Assembly: GCA_030248215.1 (NCBI GenBank)
Contig: JASANG010000273.1
Location: forward strand, 186,001 to 250,000
Source: Enoplolaimus lenunculus
Taxonomy: Eukaryota
Length of the DNA: 64,000 nt
Direction: 5' to 3'
Part shown: positions 12,819 to 24,206 of the stretch, one piece after another
How the letters are laid out: each line of letters starts with the position of its first letter
How positions within the stretch are numbered: the stretch's first letter is position 1
The notes under the pieces: model-generated
What the model was told of the DNA's origin: nothing
The model's input: the letters and a program-made list of their open reading frames with translations, nothing else
Databases searched by the model: none
Position numbers and translations under genes: made by a program

Positions 12819-15800
12819 AACGCCAATCCACTCCCTACTCGTCCCAATTTTCTGGATCCGCCGCTGGCTTGTATCGCTCACTTTGTATGCGCCGTAATAA
12901 AAAAGTGCCATACTCAGGTTGGCCCTGCTTATGCTACGGTTTGAATAAGCTAGCGTATCAAATAGCATCTACTTGTCGTTAGCTGAACGGCAACAGATGT
13001 CAGAGAGGTGGCTCTTAATAGAAGCATACATTATTAATGAACATTACGGTTTCGATTTAATCTAAACTAAATAAAGTCCACTACTGAGCTTGAACGCTAC
13101 CGATAACCAATCAGCGTTAGTTCTACTTTATTATCCTTGAATATTTAGTGAAATTTCTTACGACTTATCACTGAAAAAAATATTTCAAACCGCTTTACGA
13201 TTGTTTAAGCACTGGCGCATCCAAGTCGAGGGGCAGGGCACCTTGACCGATTCCCCTAACACGAATGGACATCAAGATTAACTATCAAGCGTCCCACGTC
13301 TCGCTCGTCAGGTTCCAATACAATAACTCGCGCCGCTTTTAGACATTTCAGGACCTGACACTGATCTTACGACTAGAATATACTGTCAGTACTGATTCTA
13401 ATATCCACCATGGCTTAGTAGCTATTATTAACATATTGGCAATCCTGAGTTTAAGCATGTCTTAGCCGAAGTCTAAACGTAGAGTAAGCCTAAGCAGGAA
13501 AATTAGTCTAAAGTATAAAGCTCACCTCATCGTAGTTCGACGGAAAAACGGTACGCCCCTGATCTATACATGGGCCGCATACAGAAAACATATCAATTAC
13601 CATGACTACCCTGGTCGTGGACCAAAATAAGACTACTAGAAATAAACTAGCGACAACGCAGACCCATGGACAGCTTACCTTGCTGTGGGGGCAAAACATT
13701 TTTCAGGATTGGTATACAAGGGTTTTCAATGACTTAATACAAGCAAAGCTGAATTTTTTTTGGTGGGGACAAAATTTTTTCCTGAATCCCCTTGCCCTCT
13801 CTGGATACAGGTTTGCAACAATGTAAAAGGAACTCTCAAATAAGCTAATATTAAGCTAATCAACATAGCGCCAGCACGCCTGCTTAATTTGAAGTTGTAT
13901 TTACGGGCACTATACCAAGTAATTCATGATTAGCGAAAATATATTTGCCAAATTTCAAAAATACACAAACAAAATGAAAATTTTGATTTCATAAATTGCT
14001 TGGTTAGGAAGCATAGACATACGGTAGGCGACGTACCCGAGCAAGTGTATCATAAAAATATAGTGAATGTATACATAAATATTCTTAGCTACAGTATATA
14101 TGTCGTGTCTCGAACATCTATTGCCAGTGCCGGCCGAAGCGCCCTCCAGACTGCCCAATTGGAGAGCCCTAAAAATTTTAGCAGACCACGAAGCTACAGA
14201 GCTATGAAACATTTTATTGAGAACCAGCTCGGACCTGTTAGGGGGGCGATTATCTAAACCAATGGCGGATCCATGGGGGCCACCCCGGCCGTACCCCCCA
14301 ACAGCATCTCGACAAAAATTGTATACCTAGCAATTTTGTGACAATAGTTCGTGATTTGTGTGTGGGTCAAAGGTAAGTTTATTACCTGTGAAATTTTGCC
14401 CCCTCCCATTTTGAGATCCTGGATCCGCCACTGATCCAGGCGTTCCTGTTGCGAATGAATATTGGTAACTGTCCAGATTTCATAGGTGTTGTCAACATCA
14501 TATCTTGAGAGACGATAACCACGTCTAAAAGCTACTTGCGACGTGCACAGCGAGCGAGAAAATATTTTTGACGACTACAGGCTATTCGACATTTTGTAAA
14601 TGTGTCACGTTTAGAGTGCTTTTAAACATTATCGGGGGAATACATCCCCTAGGAGCTTTATGATTTCACCTCACTAACAAGTGGAACTACAATATTTCAG
14701 GTGCCCGACAATTTTTATAACCGCAACTGATCATCCGTGACTCCGCTTTAGGGTACGGATCGCTTATGAGAGCCACATTTTTTAATCGTCACGATGAATC
14801 GAGTTATGTCCTTCGTAGCCAAGATATTATTCAAAACGGAACTAAAGTATTGGAAACCTATTAAATATAAGCGATCACTCACTCCTTGAGTCGTGTACCC
14901 TTGGCTTGCCCCGCGACTTTATTTTGAAAACTTTTTCAACAAAAAAACCTTGAATGATTCAAATTTACAAAGTTCAGTTAAGAAAAACACATTTCTTAGT
15001 TCAATTTTCAATTTAAAACTTCTGGATGAAACAGGCACGGTTTACCTTGCTAGGAGTAGGTAAAATTTTTCATCTGGGATATACAAGGGTTTTCAATGAC
15101 TTGCAAGGAAAGATGAACATTTTCTAAAGGAGCCGAAATTAACCTGGATGGCTGAGCATTCCCTGGCTTGCCCTGGCCCCGCTCTGACTATCGGTCCTGG
15201 ATAAAACGCAACACGCGCTCATATATTTTGAGTACCACGAAAAAATAGGTTAGTTGTATACCGTTCTCAAAAAGCTCGTTATACTCGTGATAAAGCATAC
15301 TGGTATGGGCTTCTACCCTAGATGATTTAGGGAACGAAGTATTATTCATTATAATAGCTTACGTACCAGATCAATCAAAACGTATGGTACAACTACCCTA
15401 AGACTGTGTTATTTTTCACAAAAATATATAACTCATTACCTCCGTCGGGGCAGGCAGTTAAACATGTACAGCTGCAAAAACATACGCTCAGAAAAAAATC
15501 GAAAAATTCAACACAGAAATATTAAACAAAAATTATTCAACGTACAGTTGAAACAACTCAAAAATACAGTTAAAACTCGACAAATGGTTGAATTTTATGC
15601 AGACTGGGGCATTAAGATAAGCGAACGCTCTGAGTCAATGCAAATTTTTTAGAATTATGGCTCATGTAACGATCAGGCGCGGAACGGTTTTGTGCGGGAC
15701 TGCAATAGAGTAAGCTTAAGCATTAAACTAATTTTGTTGCTTACGATTAGGCTTAGGTATAAGCTCATTCTTTACGATTCGGCTTAGGCTTACGTATAAG

Positions 15801-17556
15801 CTCATTCTTACGCTTAGTGTTAGGTATATGCTTATACTTCTGTTTGGCCCTGTTTTATGCATTGGTCAGAAATATTTACTTCCGCTGACAACGGTACAGT
15901 AGGTATGTCCGAGCTTTAGCCTTTACAATATTTTAAAATTACCACAACTAAATCTGTGTCAACATAAACTATCGCAATCATACTTTGTTCAGCGCCAGTC
16001 TATGGTTCAAATATTTCGCGCCCCTCGAAAAGTTCTTGGCCCAGTTCTAAGTCCGTCTAGGCTTAAAATCCGCACTACGCCGCCACCAAAAGCCTAACTC
16101 TGAGCGTTATATTCTAAAGACTCTAACAAGATAGCCAAAACATTTTCCATCTCTCACTTCTCACAAAATAATTTCAAGACAAAGGCCCAAACACAGGTAA
16201 TATATACCGCTGTTCTAAGCTGAAACCCGTTGCCTAAACTATACGGTTAGCTTAAGGATCTTGCCCACACAAAAAGCCAAGAAATCGTTCACCCCTTCGC
16301 CTAAAATATAATATTTGTGAAGAACCACAGGTGAAATGCATCAAGTGTTGTCTATGTTAACTCCAGCTTGAAGTCTAGAAATACAGATTCGGCAGGTTGT
16401 CTCAACTATACAAAATTACTTTTGCTAAACACATAAACAACGTTTTTTTTCTAAACATACCTTAGCGGGGGGTAAGGTTACTTAGGAAACCACTGGTAAC
16501 GTAATTAGAGAGTATATTATATTTGCTAATAGGCAAACATATCATTGTTATTAAGTTTCGTTAGGAGGCACGCGGTGAAATTTCTGCAGAAGAATGCGCA
16601 GTGTTGGAGCAGACTAGGATTGTAGGTTGGGGTCCCACCAAAGCAAATTCAGGTGTTGGAGACTTTAGCGATGATCGAAATATATTTCAAAACTTTGTTT
16701 ACAATTTCGCTAGAGTGGATGCCCCTATTTGGGGTGTGGACCGCTAATTGGGAGTATTAGGGATGCCTCCTCTGGCCCTGAGAACGCGGGCCTGTAACCA
16801 GAAGGGAGGCAAGCCAAGGTTTCATTTTGGTGAGGGGTGCGCAATTTCTTGACTGGTTTGTGGGCAAGATTCTTAACGTTAAGTTTGGGATTAGGTACCA
16901 GATAACAGTTTAGAGCGCCGTTATATACTACTTGTGACTGCACCTTTGCCTTGAAATGATTTAGTCAGAAGTGAGAGGGGGAAGATATTTTGGCTAACCT
17001 GTTGGATAGAGTTGTTACAATATTTCGTTGAGATTTAGGCTTCTGGCTTATTAGAACTGGGTTAAAAAGTTTTCGAGGGGCGCAAAGTATTGTAGACTGA
17101 GCAGGACCCAAAAATTTCTGGCGCGGGGAGCGCAATATGGATTGCACAAAACTCACGACCAAAACGAGTGAAGCCAATCGCAATATTCATGGCAAAAAAG
17201 TAGAAACTTGTAAGGTAGGGACCTTAGCATTTTTCATAAACAATATTCCGACTGGCAGGTGCTCAACATATAACGTGAAGGAAGCCACGTGAGCGCAGCC
17301 GGCTAGAAATCAAATGCCATTTTCGCAGTGCAAAAGTAAAACATTGTGTTCAAAAAACAATACAGACACAGCGGCGGATCCAAAAATTTCTGACGGTGGG
17401 CGCCGTTCTGTCAATAGCTGTGAAACGCAATTTTTTACAGTATGACAGACATTTCCACGACCGAAAGATGCTGGATCCGCCATAAGCGTTCCCTATTTGC
17501 TTCGTCCCATGGTTGCGCTCATATTCGCCAGTGCCTGAGCATGAACTTAAAATCGA

Positions 17557-17570
17557 TATATATATAACTA

Positions 17571-17619
<49 letters not shown>

Positions 17620-17657
17620 CATATTTATATATACAACATATTTATATATTTATATAT
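17557..17657. repeat. (TA)n microsatellite
   Basis: Directly visible. Confidence 0.95.
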
Positions 17658-18337
17658 TTCTTTGCATGAAACGTGTGTGAGCTGCATTCTCAATTTGAAT
17701 TTCAACCGTTTTTGACCAGTTTTTACCGTAAAAAAACTGCACTAAACTTGAACATGATTTATACTTTCTGGTTCACCAGAAAAATAATTTTGTTCTAAAC
17801 TTTAGTTTTGGCCTATCCCAGACGCGGAGGTTGACAACTTTGTATTTTTATGTTCCCAAACTATCGCAGTGTCCCGTGGGTGCCACTTGTTGGGAAACTA
17901 ATCTTTGTTGGTGATGAACTAGCGAAAAATAAGATGTTTTAGAACTTGAGGACATGTACTGGACAGTTTGTTGAGCCAAGCGAACATAAAAGTTGTGGCC
18001 AATTTTACTTCTGGGGTGTAACAGCATGTTAGTATACGAATATGTCTAACACTTAAACTATGCCTCACCATAAGGATAAGCCTGTAACGAAGCCTTATCC
18101 TACACCTAAGAATAAACGTAAGAAAAAATAGTCTAAAGCGTAAGCTTACTCTATTACTGTCCCACGAAAAAGTAATGTTTCGCCGGTTATGGTAACATGG
18201 GCAAATTTGCAATAAATTGTTAGCGATTCATGGGTTGACTTCGAGGATGACGGAAAGGAGGACTAGTCAACATCCCTGGTTTGTCTGCATTGCAAATATG
18301 AAAAAAATTTTGAATTCTTAAATCCCGCTAAAGTTAA

Positions 18338-18600
18338 CCCTTTATCACATGAATATTTTCTATTTTCCCTGAGACATACTTTTATGCTAGGATTCGAACT
18401 CCAGTGACTGGAGTGGGAGGCGTATACCATCACCACACAGCTATAGGAGCTTGACGCTCGAGCCCGAGGGGCCTCTCACGTCTTGTTGTGATTTAGTACT
18501 ATGTATACGTGTTGCAATTATTAAACATTGTACGATATATACTATTTAACGTATATCCACTGCCCTGAGTTGCATACGGGCAACTCAATGTGAGAAGGGG
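18338..18600. mobile_element. piggyBac-type MITE (263 bp, TTAA TSD)
   Basis: TTAA|CCCTTTATCACAT ... ATGTGAGAAGGGG|TTAA (11/13 TIR match). Subterminal hairpin GAGTTGC-ATACGG-GCAACTC at about 18567-18586. Confidence 0.75.
18385..18450 (-). pseudogene. tRNA-like (Gly-CCC-like) Pol III head / SINE-head-like sequence
   Basis: Minus strand shows A-box-like TAGCTGTGTGG, anticodon-loop-like CGCCTCCCAC and B box GTTCGAATCC. The acceptor stem does not pair, so this is not a functional tRNA. Confidence 0.65.
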
Positions 18601-18697
18601 TTAATTTTTTGCACCGAAACTTTGTCGAAACCGCTTTGAAAACTGTAAAATTTCCAAACAAACATTTTATTATCTTCTATTTCAACGGAAAACAAAC

Positions 18698-18805
18698 TAT
18701 ATATTTATATATGTATGTATATATGTTTTAAATATATATATGTATATATGTGTTATATATTTTTATATATATGTATGTATATATGTATTATATATTTATA
18801 TATAT
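18698..18805. repeat. Degenerate (TA)n/(TATG)n tract
   Basis: Directly visible. Confidence 0.85.
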
Positions 18806-19708
18806 GGAAATGCAAAGGCCTATTAAACGAGCGTAGCCAGGATTTCGTTCCGAGAGATAATAGGTAAACATTTCACCCGAGCGAGCGCGCAGCGAGCGAC
18901 ACAACTGCATTAACATTAACCTGTAAAATGAACAATGTTGTGCTAAAGTCTGTTAAAAACTGCTTTTCTCTCGTCTCCTGAAATTTCGGAATTGTTATAT
19001 AATTACCCGTTATCATTCCTTCTACTACGCCCTATGGCTCTACCTTAAAAAATTATATTCCGGCCATAAACGCGCCAAGTTGCATAAAGGCCGGTCTCGT
19101 TGAAGATGGCAGACCCGGAAAAATAACTCAATCCTCACCAGCTAGATTTTTAACAACTTGTGCACAAAAGGTTGTTGTATTCTTGTATACGAGATTGAGT
19201 TAATTATATTTGTTGTACATCTAGACACAAAAGACGAAAAATTGACAAAGGAAATATTAATTCACGGCTGTAGCCAGGATTTGATTCGTGTCGTGTACAA
19301 TATTTATGTTTGGTTTCAATATTTGGACTTAAGAATCCTTATTCTAAAACCTGTAGAAATGTTTAACTCATTTCTAGAACTTTGAGAAGGTATATATATC
19401 GTCGATAGCGCCCCTTGTATACACTGCTGCGCATTAAAGACTTAGGGATGTTAAGCCATTTTGTGGGTACTCTTTCATGTCTAAATTTCGTGTTTACGAG
19501 CATATTTGTGGCAAACATTGTTTACCATTAAGTCTGATTTAACTAAGTTTTGAACTGAAAGAAAATTGTTACATACTATTAATATTTACCGGTTAACCGA
19601 AGGCATTGAAGAAGCGGGGCAAACCAGATTTTCGGACAAATTAGTATTTGCACAAAAATGGTTCGATTTTGAAAATTTTTCCATTTTAATTTATATATAC
19701 CATTTGAC

Positions 19709-19865
19709 CAGGCTCGTAGCCAAGGGGGGAGCTCAGTCCTTCCAGGAAAAATGTTGGTCCCCCTACAAGATTTTTAATCTTGCTTGTAAGTCATTGAAAA
19801 CCCTTGAATGCCCCTCCTGAAAAATTATTAGTCCCTACTAGCAAGTTGAGCTGGCTACAGGTCTG
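19709..19865 (+). mobile_element. hAT-type MITE family A (~160-175 bp; CAGGCCCGTAGCC...GGCTACGGGCCTG)
   Basis: TIR plus 8-bp TSD CATTTGAC/CCTTTGAC. About 20 full or partial copies in the window, e.g. ~3750-3901, 4720-4850, 5040-5207, 7890-8012, 8348-8517, 12237-12393, 13660-13812, 15032-15199, 32671-32835, 38595-38725, 41513-41650, 47905-48010, 48450-48550 and 51199-51330. Confidence 0.88.
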
Positions 19866-21773
19866 CCTTTGACGCAGCTTGTAGACCAATGGTTGCAAAG
19901 CAGAGACCAAATATATAACCTGCTGTAAACATAAAGGTGTACTTATTCGGCTAATTTACAGTTTCTCGTATATTTACACTAACGATCAGGCTTAGTCTCT
20001 GGCTTTAGGCTTAGGTTAAGAAAACGCTTATCTATGCATAGGTCTAAACATATGCGCAAAACGCGCCCACTGCACAAGTAATTTCATCTTTTTTACTAAT
20101 TATTGGCTTCATGCAAATTACACCGTAGGGATGGCACTTTTCCTTCATGGCATAATAAATCTAATAAGCAGGAAATACAACATAGCTTACTTGCAGAATC
20201 GAACTCGTTGCACCGTTGACATACCAAATCGTACTTTCAATTTGTCGAAATGATATATTTGATTCTTTTAACAAATTTATCTATTTTAAATTTATTCAAC
20301 TAAAATTTAAATCTAAAAAGTTTGCATACTGACTGGAAACCGTACTATTTAGCATATGGAACCTTATAGTAACTATATATTCTCTAAAACGTACTCGTGT
20401 TGAATTTAACAATATGCTAGTCTAAGTTAAAATTACAATTCTAGTTTCAAGTATACAGTTAATCCGTCCATCGTGGATTAAGCCCCACCGCATACGCAAC
20501 AAAATCTTAGTGAAGGGCTCTATATGGTACTGCTTGATCTTGGAATAACTTATACTAATATTCAAGTTTAGCTAAACTATAATTTAAGTTTATGTTTTAT
20601 AGAGTAGTTTTTATCCTTCGACTCAATTTTGCTTTTAAGACAACGTCTTCTCCAAATTCGAGTCTGCTTTTAGTCACTATACAGTTGATGATAGGTCTTG
20701 TAATCTTTCGTGGTGCAACTTTATTCAATAACATACGCAGAAATGAACGCTATTACAGAATAAAAACTCGTGATATTTGTTTTGATACCCTTGAAACTTG
20801 GGTCGCACTCCTATACTCCCAGCTGATTTCAAAAACTTTAACTTCCGAACCAAAAATCGTAAAGTTTTGAAATATGAGAGATTTATCACGTTTAATTTGA
20901 CGTACAAATGAAAAATATTCCGTGTTTTTATTCCAATTTTGCAATTTCTTTAAATAATCATTTCGAAAAGTTGCAAAACCTGCGCGGCTCCTTCGGTGCC
21001 GGTCGTTTACTTATTTTTGTTGATAGTTAATTATTAATGAACCATCCAGAATCAACCAAACTCAGGGTGAGAATCGGAATTTCAAAGTGCAGTAGCGTAG
21101 CACAGACTCTTGTACATTTTCTCCGCACAAGCTTAGCGGTTAGACTCAGACTGTGGCTTAGACCTAGAGTTTGGAATACCCAAAATTATTAACGATTGTG
21201 CTATTTGTCAAGAACCACTTTTGTGGTTTTGGTTGCTCCTAGCAATCAAGTTGCTGAAGAAAATTCTGATCACCCCAAACGCACCTTTTCTCGCAGATTC
21301 AAGTCATAATTTTACTGAAACTAAAGCATAAAATAGAGTTGACAAAGAAACATTTTTAGCTTCAAAATATTTTTAACAAAACACTTAAAGTTAGAAATCA
21401 GTTAAAATAGCACATCTCTAGTGAAAAATGCCATCCGCCTTCCAGCAAACCTACTGTTTCAAAAAAAATAAAACAAATATTTAACTGAATGTGTAAAAAA
21501 TAGATTGTGTCACGGACGTCAGCAAAATATTGAGTAGGGATAAATCAGGTTGCGATCGGTGGAGAAAATTTTGACATAAGCTGCTGTAGCTGTAAATTTC
21601 TAAATTTTTTATCTAAGCCTGTGTAAAACTACTTATTGAACCTATTAAGCGAAGTTACGCCCCCCTAGGATATTGTTGTTGGCGCAAATGCCAAGATAGT
21701 AATACTGTAGTGACCCGAATAAGAGGAAGGACTGATATTTATTTTGTTTTTATTTTGACTCTCCAGAGGACCC

Positions 21774-22680
21774 TGTAGGTGGCTGGGTCACACTTAAACC
21801 TATTTCAAACTAAAAACTAAAACTAAAAATAAAACCTTAAATCAAAACCACACCTTAAGGGAGTCCCTGGCTCCACCTAGTCTCTCTTAGAACTTAAGTT
21901 AGGCTTAGGCGTTGCTACTAGGCGTAGAAACTGTTGAATCGATATCATGGCGGCTGTGTCCGCAATGTTAAACTTACCTGGGCCCTGCGTGGCCGTAGAA
22001 GGTCGTTGATTAATGGTGCATATCTTATTGGCTATATTTGCGACTAAGGACATAGCTAGGCTATGTCAGCACCAAAATGGTGCTTTGATATTGTGTGTGT
22101 CTTGGGTATTGTTGTTTTTGTTGTTGTAGGTATGGGGTTGTGCAGGAAAGGTACCGGGTGTGTGCCTCCGGACCTCATTTGCATAGCGGACACACGATTT
22201 TGGGTGTCGGCGAAATGCAAACGAGGTCGGGATGTGTATGGGTAGCCAGGACCGGAATCAGTATTACATTCTTGGCTGGTGGAAACGGTTGTTAAGTTTT
22301 GGTCTCAAATATCTGGTGCGTATAACTCTAACGGGGTTAGAGTGCACGGTTTAACAGGGTGTAATTCTAACGGGGTTAGAATTGCACGGATTCTGGAAAA
22401 CGGCAAACATATTAGTAACGGTAAAGCCAGTGGCTGGATTAAATCAGATTCAGGCGTCGGCTTTAAGGATTCCGGCTCGGGTTGCCAGTTAAATTGCATA
22501 ACCTGTAATTTGCTGGTATTAAATATTGAATATTTGGTGTCATACGGGTTTCGGGTTGGGATTTTTAATAAACATTTACCGGCCGCATTTACTAAATCAG
22601 AGCGATAAGCATACATCGAGGAAAGAACATAACAGGCGATACAGGATACAGGCTTGAATCAAAATCACGAACTTCTCACA
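21774..22680 (+). repeat. 5' LTR (907 bp, TG...CA)
   Basis: Matches 29232-30440 except for about 6 substitutions, a 3-bp indel and a missing 311-bp block. AATAAA at 22567-22572. Confidence 0.93.
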
Positions 22681-22694
22681 TGGTGACCACGACG
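22681..22694 (+). promoter_or_regulatory. Primer-binding site, tRNA-Trp-like
   Basis: TGGTGACCACGACG lies immediately after the LTR-terminal CA. It has one mismatch to TGGTGACCCCGACG, the complement of the eukaryotic tRNA-Trp 3' end. Confidence 0.8.
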
Positions 22695-22782
22695 GTCTCG
22701 ATGCTGATTTAGTTGGTGGTCGGTGTGAAAGGAAATATTTGGAAAAAGGAGAAAGGAATTTCTGGAGAGTAAAAGGAAAAGG

Positions 22783-22908
22783 TTGTTATTGGAAACACAG
22801 GATCTGAACGATCGTGTTGCGGAAAATAACAAGGAATACTGGCTGAAAAAGGAAAAGGCTGTTATTGGAAACACAGGATCTGAACGATCGTGTTGTTGAA
22901 AATAACAG
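22783..22908 (+). repeat. Leader tandem repeat A (2 copies, 76-bp period), each a stem-loop
   Basis: TGTTATTGGAAACACAGGATCTGAACGATCGTGTTG...AATAACA occurs at 22783 and 22859. Confidence 0.9.
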
Positions 22909-22929
22909 GGAGTACAGGCGGAAAAGGAA

Positions 22930-23398
22930 ATTGGGCTGTGAGTATCTACTGAGCGAAAGGGCAATAGATACTGACATTACTGGATAGTACAGGCTGTGAA
23001 TTAGTTCGACGGTTATACTTGGGGCTGTGCCGCAAGTACGTGGAACTGGTTCAGGAATAACGGATTGAAATCAGGCGTAAAAAGGAAAAAGGCGATATTG
23101 GGCTATTGGGCTGTGAGTATCTAGTGCGCGAAAGGGCAATAGATACTGACATTACTGGATAGTACAGGCTGTGAATTAGTTCGACGGTTATACTTGGGGC
23201 TGTGCCGCAAGTACGTGGAACTGGTTCAGGAATAACGGATTGAAATCAGGCGAAAAAGGAAATCAGTAACATTGGACTGTGAGTATCTAGTGCGCAAAAG
23301 GGCAATAGATACTGACATTACCGGACAGGACAGGCTGTGAATTAATTCGACGGTTATACTTGGGGCTGTGCCGCAAGTACGTGGAATTAGTTCAGGAA
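22930..23398 (+). repeat. Leader tandem repeat B (3 copies, ~170-bp period), two stem-loops per unit
   Basis: Copies start at about 22930, 23105 and 23271 (ATTGGRCTGTGAGTATCTA...TAGATACT...TGAATTARTTC...GAAYTRGTTCA). Confidence 0.92.
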
Positions 23399-24206
23399 CA
23401 GGTGAATTGGAAGTGAAAATCCCCGGGGTAATGAGACGAAAATTGGGAAAAACGGTCAGAAACTGGTGAAATTGGCATACTTAGGAACTACTGTGTTCGT
23501 AAGTACCGGGTTAAAATTTGAAACGGAACGGTTACAGGCATCGGCAGTATTGGTCAAAAACATCTGAAAAATTGTGAAAAATTCAGTTGTTTTTGGACCG
23601 GGTGACGTGAAAAGGTGCGAGAAAGGCAAAAAGGATACGGCATTGGACTCAGGGTATATCAAGGACGAAAGTAAACCCTTAACACTTGCGCTATAAGGGT
23701 TTACGGAAATTTCGGTTGGTGCCGGCACGAGATCTAGGTACTTGTAACAAGTAGCTAGCTAATAAGGAGCAATCTCGGGTGAAAACCGGAGCTGAAAGTT
23801 TGCCTGACGCGAGATAGCGGCTGGCAAACGTGAACAGAAGTTGAAAAGGAGTTCAAGGAACGATTCAGGAACATTTTGCTTGGGGCTACGCCGCAAGTTT
23901 TCAAATCGGGTGCCGTATTCAGCGAGTGAATAGGGCTGTTGAACGAAATCTCGGGAGTAGCTAAGTGAAAAGGTCGAAAAATCGTCGAAGGTGCTTGGGG
24001 CTGAAATATTTAGGAACTGTATAGTTCGTAAATACCCAGAGCACGTTCTTGAAAGAAATTTTGAACCGGGCGAAAAGTTTTGGGCCAAAAATTACGAAAA
24101 ATTGGCCGATCTGAAAAGTGGTGTTTTATATATATAAAACAAAACAACACTGGTGTGGGAAATAGTTTACAGAGATTGGCTGAAAGTGCGATTTCGGAGA
24201 AGGAGA

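Noticed and set aside
12653..12847. ORF with repeated KILLGWA
   Set aside because: It is the translation of the 21-bp minisatellite.
17350..17622. YI-repeat ORFs (also 37720-37989, 34879-35079 and 62167-62373)
   Set aside because: They are translations of TA microsatellites.
22063..22616. Short ORFs in the LTRs (also 29553-30382)
   Set aside because: They are duplicated only because the LTR is duplicated, and no protein motifs are recognisable.
22930..23398. Hammerhead ribozyme or CRISPR-like array in the leader repeats
   Set aside because: There is no CUGAnGA...GAAA core in the right arrangement. The units are whole tandem duplications without unique spacers, and no cas genes are present.
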